Notes under the pieces: generated by a model | Seen by the model: only the letters and a program-made list of their open reading frames with translations | The model's database searches: none | What the model was told of the DNA's origin: nothing | Program-made: the position numbers and the translations under genes | Shown here: positions 56,842-64,000 of the stretch, piece by piece | How the letters are laid out: each line of letters opens with the position of its first letter | Position numbering within the stretch: position 1 is the stretch's first letter | Assembly: GCA_934433485.1 (NCBI GenBank) | Contig: CAKRZR010000004.1 | Location: 68,913-132,912 of the forward strand | DNA from: an uncultured Eubacteriales bacterium | Lineage (GTDB): Bacteria; Bacillota; Clostridia; Oscillospirales; CAG-272 | Reading direction: 5' to 3' | Length of the DNA stretch: 64,000 nucleotides

Positions 56842-58089
56842 TTACGCCTGTGCTTTTGTATTGTGCGCAGTGAACCGGGTGATCGTGTATTCTCCGCGGG
56901 CGTCCGTTACCTTGACCGTGAAGCCCTTTGCGTAGACGGCGGGGAACATGCAGATCGCCTTGTGACCGATCACATAGCCCTCGTAAACGAGCACCTCGCC
57001 GTAGCTGTACGGAATATCGTTTGCGTATACGGCGTATTTCTTCACACCCTCGCCCTCTGTCAGATCCTCCGAGAGAATCACGGCGTCCACGAGCGCGTAC
57101 TGTTCAAACGTGATAGAATGCGCGTCCCCGTCGTGGTGGATTTCGGAGGAGGGAAGCGGATGGCCAAACCGTTTGCGGATCTCCTCGCCGAATTCCGTCA
57201 GTCTGGCGGCGTCTTTTTCCGGCAGCAGACCCTCGCGCGTCGGACCGATGTTCAGAAGGAAGTTTACGCCGTGACCGACGGACATGCAGTACAGTCCCAT
57301 CAGCTCCTCAAGCGAACGGATCTGGTCCTCGTTGTCCTCGCAGTCGAACCACGTGCCGCGGCGCATCATGGTATCGCACTCCGCCGGCAGGAACATTTCT
57401 TCCTCGTATTCCGTGTGCTCGTCGCTTTCCACGGAGATCCGCTGGCTCTGCACGATATATGTGTACGGCAGTGGCGCGATTCCCGCCTCGTTGCCGACCC
57501 AGCGCGTGTTCGGATCCCACATGCCGAAAATCAGAATGTCCGGCTGGAGAGAACGGATGGTGCGGATGATGCGCGGGCGATCCCACTCGTGATTGCCGGA
57601 GCCGCAGCCATCGAACCAGAGATAGTCGATCTTGCCGTAGCCGGTGAGCAGCTCCGTGATCTGACCGATGAAATAGTCGTCGTAATCCATTTTGTCAAAC
57701 GCGCTTTGATCCCGCTGTGCCGGGGAATAATATAAACCGACCTTCATACCGACCTCGCGGCAGGCATCGGTAAATTCGCGTACTACGTCGCCTTTTCCAT
57801 TCTTCCACGGCGTGTTCTTTACACTGTAATCGCCGTACGCGGTCGGCCAGTTCGCGAATCCGTCGTGATGCTTACAGGTCATGATTGCATAAGTCATGCC
57901 GGCAGCCTTGCATGTGCGCAGCCAGGACGCGCAATCGAGCTTTTCCGGATTGAACACGGACGCGTCCATATCCCGTGTGTCCCAGTCCCGATAGCCTTTG
58001 TAGAAAGCGCGCAGACCGAAATGGAAGAACGCGCCAAATTCCCAATCGAGGAATGCAAGCTGTTGTTTGGTAGGTTTGCAGTTTGTCAT
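56842..58089 (-). CDS. Alpha-L-fucosidase (GH29)
   Basis: YAIMTCKHHDGFANWPT.. and the FDGC motif are GH29 hallmarks. Confidence 0.8.
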   Translation of the reverse strand: MTNCKPTKQQLAFLDWEFGAFFHFGLRAFYKGYRDWDTRDMDASVFNPEKLDCASWLRTCKAAGMTYAIMTCKHHDGFANWPTAYGDYSVKNTPWKNGKGDVVREFTDACREVGMKVGLYYSPAQRDQSAFDKMDYDDYFIGQITELLTGYGKIDYLWFDGCGSGNHEWDRPRIIRTIRSLQPDILIFGMWDPNTRWVGNEAGIAPLPYTYIVQSQRISVESDEHTEYEEEMFLPAECDTMMRRGTWFDCEDNEDQIRSLEELMGLYCMSVGHGVNFLLNIGPTREGLLPEKDAARLTEFGEEIRKRFGHPLPSSEIHHDGDAHSITFEQYALVDAVILSEDLTEGEGVKKYAVYANDIPYSYGEVLVYEGYVIGHKAICMFPAVYAKGFTVKVTDARGEYTITRFTAHNTKAQA

Positions 58090-58120
58090 AGAGTACTCCT
58101 AATTTGTAATGACATGAGAG

Positions 58121-59083
58121 ATGGCGGAGATACCCGCTGTCTCCTCCAAGCACATTGTACCACATTTCACCCATAAAGGAAATACATTTTTGAAAAAAAG
58201 TCTGTCTATCCAAAAAACGTTTCGAAAATACGCGCTCATCACGGTCGCCTGCATCGCTTACGCTGTGGCAATCGCGGTTTTCCTGGATCCGCACGCGTTG
58301 GCGCCCGGCGGCGTCAGCGGTCTTGCCATCGTACTGTCGAGCTTTCTGTCGATTGACACCGGTATGATCATCCTGCTATTCAATATCCCGCTGCTCATCG
58401 TCGGTACCATCCGGCTTGGCAGATCCTTTGCGGCGGGCACCATCTATGCCACTGTCGTCTCCTCGCTCATGGTCACCGGTATAAGCGCCGCTATGTCCGC
58501 GTGGAGTATCCCCGTTCCGAGCGACGATTATCTGCTCAACGCCGTGGTTGGCGGCGCATTGCAGGCGGTCGGGATCGGCGTGATCTTCCGCTGCGGCGCG
58601 ACAACGGGTGGAACCGACATCGTCATCCGTCTGCTGCTCCTGCGTCACCGCCATCTGCATACCGGGATGCTGTTTATGTGTATCGACTCCACGATCATCG
58701 CTCTGTCCGTTATCGTAACCGGCAGCATTGAGATTGCCCTGTACGCCGCGATTTCCCTCATCGTTTGTTCCTATCTCATCGATCGCATTCTGTACGGCCC
58801 CGATACCGCGAAATTTCTCATTATCATCACCGATCGCGCCGCAGAGGTCATATCCGCCGTGTTTGAAAAATATGATATTGGCATAACCCGCATGAACGGC
58901 AAAGGTGCGTACACCGGCGACGGTAAGGAGGTCCTCCTATGCGCGGTAAAAAAGCCTCTTGCCCCGTATGTGTGCGATGTGGTGCACAGCGTGGACAAAA
59001 AGGCTTTTGTAATCATCACCGATGCCGCGGAGGTGCATGGCGAGGGCTTCCAGGAAACGGATCAGAACAACGAAACGATATAG
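58121..59083 (+). CDS. YitT-family membrane protein (DUF161/DUF2179)
   Basis: A polytopic N-terminus plus a C-terminal DUF2179-like domain. An alternative TTG start at 58190 follows an AAGGAAAT RBS. Confidence 0.7.
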   Translation: MAEIPAVSSKHIVPHFTHKGNTFLKKSLSIQKTFRKYALITVACIAYAVAIAVFLDPHALAPGGVSGLAIVLSSFLSIDTGMIILLFNIPLLIVGTIRLGRSFAAGTIYATVVSSLMVTGISAAMSAWSIPVPSDDYLLNAVVGGALQAVGIGVIFRCGATTGGTDIVIRLLLLRHRHLHTGMLFMCIDSTIIALSVIVTGSIEIALYAAISLIVCSYLIDRILYGPDTAKFLIIITDRAAEVISAVFEKYDIGITRMNGKGAYTGDGKEVLLCAVKKPLAPYVCDVVHSVDKKAFVIITDAAEVHGEGFQETDQNNETI

Positions 59084-59511
59084 TAAATCACTCCATAGAC
59101 AACGCTCGCGGACACACCGTACAGGATCACCGGTCCTGCAATCTGGAAAATTTCCGAGCCGACGCCAAGGATAAACCCCTCGCTTTTCGCGTCAATGGCA
59201 CTGGACGCCACAGCGTTCGCAAAGCCAGTGATCGGCACAAGCGTACCGGCGCCGCAATGACGGGCAATGTCGTCAAAATGACCGCACGCAGTGAGAACGA
59301 CGGCAATGGCGATAAGCAGCATGGAAACAAACATGCCAACGGTTTCTTTGGCAAGCTGGGGCATATAATAGAGCAGCATGTTCCGCACGCCTTCCGCGAA
59401 CAGACAGACTGCGCCGCCGGAGAAGAACGCGATGGTCATATCCCGCCCAAACGGCGATTTTGGGGCACGGCTTTTGGCATATCGCCGGTACGTTTTCAGG
59501 TCTGTATTCAT
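59062..59511 (-). CDS. spoVAC: Stage V sporulation protein AC/AEb family (SpoVAC-like)
   Basis: GAGTLVPITGFANAVASSAIDAKSEGFILGVGSEIFQIAGPVI closely resembles the SpoVAC core. Confidence 0.72.
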   Translation of the reverse strand: MNTDLKTYRRYAKSRAPKSPFGRDMTIAFFSGGAVCLFAEGVRNMLLYYMPQLAKETVGMFVSMLLIAIAVVLTACGHFDDIARHCGAGTLVPITGFANAVASSAIDAKSEGFILGVGSEIFQIAGPVILYGVSASVVYGVIYYIVSLF

Positions 59512-59612
59512 AGATTTCCTCCCGCAATGGTTTTTCCATAGTATGGTCGGATTCTTACGATATTATTTATAGGTTATCAACAAAATCTTAACCATTCACA
59601 GGGTTTTCTAAT

Positions 59613-59641
59613 TTGACTTTTCGCAGGAAATCGTGTATAAT
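59613..59641 (+). promoter_or_regulatory. Sigma-A promoter TTGACT-17-TATAAT (TG extended)
   Basis: ttgact 59613-59618; tgtataat 59634-59641. Confidence 0.5.
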
Positions 59642-59731
59642 AGATACAGCGGAACGGAAAGCGTTCCGTATGGGAACATTCGCATGACCCACCATTTTAC
59701 ATAGAGACGCTTTTGAAAGGAGCAATTTGTT

Positions 59732-60427
59732 ATGGCATTACAGGATTTTTTGGAAGAACTCAAGAGAAACGCAAAGGAAGCCGCGGATATCACTGTGAAG
59801 AAAACCTCTGAGATGACTGCGATCGCGAAAGCCACTGTCGCCATCAAGAACGAGGAGAGCAAGCTGTCCGTCTGCTACAAGGAGATCGGCAGACTGTTCT
59901 ATACCGCGGAACGGGACGGCGTGGATCATACCGACGATATCGCAACGTTTATCATGCAGGCAGACAAGATTAAGGCAGCCATCGCGGGCTATCAGAAAGA
60001 AATCGCGGCACTGAAAAAGGTTGCGATCTGCGATTCCTGCGGCGGTGAGGTCCCCGTGGACGCGCAATTCTGTCCCGCTTGCGGCGCGAAAATCGTAAAA
60101 CCGGCAAAGGAAGAGGAAACCACCTGCCATTGCTGCTGCGATTCGGAAGCTGCGGAAAAGACGGAAGAGGACACATGCACCTGTGAGGAAACTTGTACCT
60201 GCGAGGATGCATGCACCTGCGACCAGGCAGAGGAAACGGAAAAAGCGGAGGAGTCCGCGTGCCCGTGCTGCCAGAACGCAGAGCCTGTGTGCGAAGACGC
60301 ACCAAAGACGGACGCGGATGCCTGCGAAGCCGACCATGCGCACCACTGCCCTTGCTGTGACGACGCGGCGGAAACCTACGAAACGCCGGAGGTCACAGAG
60401 TCCGACGCGGAGAAGCCTGAGGAATAA
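59732..60427 (+). CDS. Zinc-ribbon domain protein with highly acidic, cysteine-rich C-terminal tail (metallothionein-like CTC/CC/CCC clusters)
   Basis: An N-terminal helical region, a zinc ribbon (CDSCGGEVPVDAQFCPACG), and a tail (aa ~125-231, nt 60104-60427) reading TCHCCCDSE..TCTCEETCTCEDACTCDQ..CPCCQN..HHCPCCDD. Confidence 0.7.
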   Translation: MALQDFLEELKRNAKEAADITVKKTSEMTAIAKATVAIKNEESKLSVCYKEIGRLFYTAERDGVDHTDDIATFIMQADKIKAAIAGYQKEIAALKKVAICDSCGGEVPVDAQFCPACGAKIVKPAKEEETTCHCCCDSEAAEKTEEDTCTCEETCTCEDACTCDQAEETEKAEESACPCCQNAEPVCEDAPKTDADACEADHAHHCPCCDDAAETYETPEVTESDAEKPEE

Positions 60428-60520
60428 AACCGTGGACAGACGCCGGTAAAGCGTATGCTGCGAGAAGTTAAAAACGAGGAGCGACGGAATTGTCCGTTTG
60501 TCCCTCGTTTTTTCTCTGTT

Positions 60521-61537
60521 TCAGTGGAACGAGATTCCGTTTTTCTCACGGATGCGGTCGAGAATCGCCATCTCAATCTCCGAGACCCTCTCGTGTGGGT
60601 TTTCTCCGGTCGCGATACAGCGTGCGAAGGCAGACAGCTCGTAAACCATATTGTTCGCAAGCGGCGCCATACACAGCTCCTTGTCCGTGCCATCGCGCAG
60701 CTTCAGCCGGACAGAGTTGGGATTCGAGAGCTTGTCAATAAGGATCCCGCCTTTTTCGCCTGAGATCACACTCGGTGTCAGGGAATTGTAGATTTTCGCA
60801 TATGTGATCTGTACAGGCGCTGTGTCTCCATACGGCAGGAGCATCTCACCCATCAGTTCCATACCATTGTCCGCAAATACGGAACGGCTATAGAACGGTT
60901 TGTCAAACGACGGCATGCCGAATAACAGCGCGCAGACATGCACGGCATAGACACCGATATCCATGATAGCCGCATTTCCGAGCGACGGCGTGAACGCGTT
61001 CAGGATTTCACCGGCTTTGAACCGATCGTACCGTGAGGAATACTGGCAAAATTCAAGCTGTACCCGGCGAATCGTTCCAAGTGCTGGCAGATTCTCCCGG
61101 ATCGTGAGAATCGCCGGATCGTGTGCTGGACGCATTGCCTCCAACAGGATTTTACCATACTCACGCGCCGCTTGCCGCATTTCCCGGTATTCCGCGGACG
61201 ATGTGGCGATTGGTTTCTCGCACAAAACATGCTTGCCGTGCCGGAGTACGTCGATGGTCTGCGCGGCATGACAGGCATTCGGACTGGAAATATACACGGC
61301 GTCCAGGGTCGGGTCAGATAAAAATGCATCCATATCCGTGTATACGACCGGGATTGCATGCTTTGCAGCATACGTTTCTCCGGTTTCCATCTTTCGGGAA
61401 TAGACAGCGCATACCTCGTATAACCCGGATTTTTGCGCTTCCTCCGTGAGCCAGTCGCTGACAAAATTCGTACCAATGATCCCCAGCCGGATCTTATTTT
61501 CACTGGTGCAGGTATTCAAAGAGATAAAGCCTCCCAT
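60521..61537 (-). CDS. Gfo/Idh/MocA family oxidoreductase
   Basis: IRLGIIGTNFVSDW..EKPIA. The start is uncertain: an in-frame TTG at 61519 sits 9 nt after GGGAGG, while the 61591 start would overlap the next gene. Confidence 0.75.
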   Translation of the reverse strand: MGGFISLNTCTSENKIRLGIIGTNFVSDWLTEEAQKSGLYEVCAVYSRKMETGETYAAKHAIPVVYTDMDAFLSDPTLDAVYISSPNACHAAQTIDVLRHGKHVLCEKPIATSSAEYREMRQAAREYGKILLEAMRPAHDPAILTIRENLPALGTIRRVQLEFCQYSSRYDRFKAGEILNAFTPSLGNAAIMDIGVYAVHVCALLFGMPSFDKPFYSRSVFADNGMELMGEMLLPYGDTAPVQITYAKIYNSLTPSVISGEKGGILIDKLSNPNSVRLKLRDGTDKELCMAPLANNMVYELSAFARCIATGENPHERVSEIEMAILDRIREKNGISFH

Positions 61538-61574
61538 ACGTTTTTCTATAGGATACCATATCCGTGCGCGTCTG

Positions 61575-62354
61575 TCAATCCACTTTCGCACTTTCTTTTG
61601 CGCCGCTCTCCCTTTCGCAATCCTTTTTGACTGCCCGGATCTGCTGCCGCAGCGCGTCTATGGCGTCGGACAATCCGCCCGTGTGATCGATGAGACCGCA
61701 GTCTACCGCCTCATAGCCGTCGATCACGGAGCCGACATCCGTGGCGATTTGGTCGGTGCAGAGAAGCATTTCCCGGAATTTCTGTTCCGTTACCGCGGAG
61801 TGCGCCGTGATAAACCGAATGATCCGATCCTGCATTCGCTCAAAGTAATAATACGTCTGCGGTACGCCGAGCACAGTGCCACTGATCCGCACGGGGTGGA
61901 TCGTCATGGTAGCGGACGGCACGATAAAGGACGTTTTCGCGGAGACGGCAAGCGGTACGCCGATGGAATGACCGCCGCCCAATACCAGCGATACCGTAGG
62001 CTTTTTCATGCTCGCGATCATCTCTGCCAGTGCCAGTCCCGCCTCCACGTCTCCGCCCATCGTGTTCAATACGAGAAGAAGTCCGTCGATCTCGTCGCTT
62101 TCCTCAATGGATACAAGCAGCGGGATCAGATGCTCGTATTTGGTCGCTTTCTGTCCGTCTCCAAGCAGATAATGCCCCTCGATCTGTCCGATGATCGTCA
62201 GACAGTGGATCGTTTCTCCGGCAGACTGCGAAATCACGCCGCCGGTTTTCATAAGATACGATAAATTGTCCTCGTCGCGCGTGTCGTTTTCCCGCTTGTT
62301 TTCTGCTTCGTTTTCCATATCGCATACGCTCCGTTTTTCATTTGCATTACCCAT
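61575..62354 (-). CDS. tepA: ClpP-like serine protease family protein (TepA-like)
   Basis: The ClpP/crotonase fold (LTIIGQIEGH..LNTMGGDVEAGLALAEMI). Confidence 0.65.
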   Translation of the reverse strand: MGNANEKRSVCDMENEAENKRENDTRDEDNLSYLMKTGGVISQSAGETIHCLTIIGQIEGHYLLGDGQKATKYEHLIPLLVSIEESDEIDGLLLVLNTMGGDVEAGLALAEMIASMKKPTVSLVLGGGHSIGVPLAVSAKTSFIVPSATMTIHPVRISGTVLGVPQTYYYFERMQDRIIRFITAHSAVTEQKFREMLLCTDQIATDVGSVIDGYEAVDCGLIDHTGGLSDAIDALRQQIRAVKKDCERESGAKESAKVD

Positions 62355-62440
62355 AGTATGGCGGAAAATGGGGGAGAATATGCGTAAAAAAACAGGAGAA
62401 CCGTCCCGAAGAACGATTCTCCCATTGGGTGTGCCGTCTA

Positions 62441-63952
62441 TCAGTTGCCGGAGAGATCCAGCTCCTTATATTTTTCAATGATGCCAGACAGTTTTGTTTC
62501 CAGATTCTTGCCGTTCTTTTCCCAGTACGAAGCGAAAGTACCTTCGGATTTGGAACCGTATACGGCGTTTGTGAAGATGGAGCCTGTCCCGATTGCCTTG
62601 TCCGCCATCATGATGAACGGGGACTTGATGTTGTCATAGATCAGATCGATCATTTCCGCGTCAATGGCGGCGTCTGCGTATTTTACCTTCAACGCGGTGT
62701 CATACCATGCCGGCGTGACCTTGCGATAGGATTCTGCGCAGAGAGCTTCAATGGAGGCATATACTGCGTCGAGCTTTTCAGCAGGTGCAGATACCGGAAC
62801 GCCTACACCGCAGCCATTTGCCGGAGCCGCGCCGGAATAGTAGGAGAAGGATTCCTCCAGCTTCGGATAGGGAAGAATGCCGTAATCGAAATTCGCCTGA
62901 CGCAGGTCGTTTGCTGTGGAGAACATACCCGGATAGAAGAGGGATTTTTCATCCAGGAAGGTTTGACCGGTGGCACCCTCCGCAGACATATTTTCGGTAT
63001 ACAGCAGTCTGTAGAGCGTATCTGCCCACTTGATCGATTCCTCGTTGTAAATATCCAGTACCGGGAATCCGTCGGCATCGCGGGTGATATAGTCAAGACC
63101 AATGGACATGGACAGATAATTCGGAATGCCCCACTGTGAGTAGCGGAAGCCGAGCAAATCGCTGTCGTCATACACGCCGTCGCCGTTCACATCCGTTGCA
63201 ATATCGCGGCAATACTGCATGAATACATCGTACGTCCATTTTCCCTCCAGGACCGTATCATAAAGAGCCTGCGTATCGCCAAAATGATCGATGAAGAGGG
63301 GCTTGTTGAAGTACATGGCAGACGCACCCAGCAGCGTGGTCAGACAAATATCTCCGGCGAGGAAATACCGCTTATTGTTGTCGAGACTGCTCTGCTCCAT
63401 CAGATCGTTGTACCACCATGGCTGGCTCAGATCGATATACGGCTTGGTGGCAAGATCATAGTAAAAGCCCTGTACCGACTGCTCAAACAGACGGGAGTTC
63501 TCCTCTACGACGAAATCATAATCGGACGCGCCGGCAAGCAGAGCCGTTTTGACTGCGTTCGGGAAACCATTCCAGTCGTCCGGTCCGATGATCCAGTTGA
63601 ATTTCACGCCCAGCCGTTCCTCAACTGCGATATTCCGGTTGACCATGGCGTCGAGTACTACATCGCCGGTCAACTCTCCGCCGCCTGTTGTGTCATACCA
63701 GACAGAGCTTTCCCAGCCAAAGCCGAATACGTTGATGGTCGTGCCGTCAAAACGCAGATCGTCCGGCAGGGAATCCTTCGTATTTGCGCGTGTGGTTTCC
63801 GTTTCCTGCGGTGTGGTTTCCTGCGGTGTGGTTTCCGTATTGCCAGATTCGGTTTCCGTATTGCCGCCGCTTCCACAGCCGTTCAAAGCAGGCAGGGTGA
63901 TAAGCATACAGAGCAAGAGACAAACGATTTGTTTTTTAAGGTCAGATCTCAT
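62441..63952 (-). CDS. ABC transporter extracellular solute-binding lipoprotein (family 1, carbohydrate)
   Basis: A signal peptide with lipobox LPALNGC, a T/E/Q-rich linker, and an SBP_bac_1-like body. Confidence 0.78.
   Translation of the reverse strand: MRSDLKKQIVCLLLCMLITLPALNGCGSGGNTETESGNTETTPQETTPQETETTRANTKDSLPDDLRFDGTTINVFGFGWESSVWYDTTGGGELTGDVVLDAMVNRNIAVEERLGVKFNWIIGPDDWNGFPNAVKTALLAGASDYDFVVEENSRLFEQSVQGFYYDLATKPYIDLSQPWWYNDLMEQSSLDNNKRYFLAGDICLTTLLGASAMYFNKPLFIDHFGDTQALYDTVLEGKWTYDVFMQYCRDIATDVNGDGVYDDSDLLGFRYSQWGIPNYLSMSIGLDYITRDADGFPVLDIYNEESIKWADTLYRLLYTENMSAEGATGQTFLDEKSLFYPGMFSTANDLRQANFDYGILPYPKLEESFSYYSGAAPANGCGVGVPVSAPAEKLDAVYASIEALCAESYRKVTPAWYDTALKVKYADAAIDAEMIDLIYDNIKSPFIMMADKAIGTGSIFTNAVYGSKSEGTFASYWEKNGKNLETKLSGIIEKYKELDLSGN
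63791..63866 (-). repeat. Short tandem nucleotide repeats encoding the ETTPQ/GNTET linker of the lipoprotein
   Basis: ggtttcctgcggtgt occurs twice and ggtttccgtattgcc occurs twice. Confidence 0.5.
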
Positions 63953-64000
63953 GAGAAAAATGCGCTCCTTTCAAGAATACAGAAGAATAAATGGATCCCA

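Noticed and set aside
1-64000. Searched for CRISPR arrays, tRNAs, rRNA, IS elements, integrases and phage genes
   Set aside because: No direct-repeat/spacer periodicity, no tRNA cloverleaf candidates in the intergenic gaps, and no transposase or integrase-like ORFs were found. The only RNA genes supported are ssrA and the candidate at 55192.

Overview
This is a high-GC (about 58-60%) Firmicutes/Clostridia-type chromosomal window; it is probably an Oscillospiraceae/Ruminococcaceae-like spore-former, because sigK and spoVAC are present. Coordinates 1-26,000 are a densely packed, almost entirely plus-strand housekeeping backbone with classical Firmicutes synteny. The order is: ABC-2-like membrane protein, DUF378, pro-sigma-K, the infC-rpmI-rplT operon with an ATT start and leader, a TrmH-family methyltransferase, dprA-topA-trmFO, plsX-rnc-radical SAM-smc-ftsY, rdgB-yhbY-nadD-yqeK-(LCP)-rsfS-leuS, and rpsU. 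Coordinates 26,000-43,000 form a more accessory, carbohydrate/glycan-processing-flavoured block. It holds a GNAT, a GH36-like alpha-galactosidase, a Gfo/Idh/MocA oxidoreductase, a MerR-like/NfeD/flotillin operon, and an ADP-ribosylglycohydrolase with an extra C-terminal domain. It also holds a 719-aa unknown protein, a SASA-type esterase, a GDPD, an M42 peptidase, an orphan short glycyl-radical enzyme with no activase, and a protein tyrosine phosphatase. Next comes an ECF sigma/anti-sigma pair, and then smpB, a nitroreductase and the tmRNA gene ssrA (46050-46424, tag ANDDLALAA). Downstream of ssrA (46.4-55.1 kb) is a decayed region full of gene remnants. These are a frameshifted MATE pump behind an intact MarR, an ABC ATPase C-terminal stub, a frameshifted alpha/beta hydrolase, and an ECF sigma interrupted at a T-run. 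Intact zupT, esterase and hypothetical genes are interspersed. The most unusual element is a ~640-nt ORF-free stretch (55192-55830) that starts with GUGCG immediately 3' of a terminator hairpin. It contains a domain-V-like hairpin with a CGC triad, a 2-nt 3' bulge and a 4-nt GAAC loop that is not a canonical GNRA. I interpret it as a candidate large structured RNA, possibly an ORF-less group II (class C-like) intron-derived ribozyme; it is not RNase P. The window ends with a GDPD, a GH29 fucosidase, YitT, a solitary spoVAC, a Zn-ribbon protein with a metallothionein-like Cys/acidic tail, an oxidoreductase, a TepA/ClpP-like protein and a sugar ABC substrate-binding lipoprotein. I found no CRISPR array, rRNA, tRNA, integrase or transposase.
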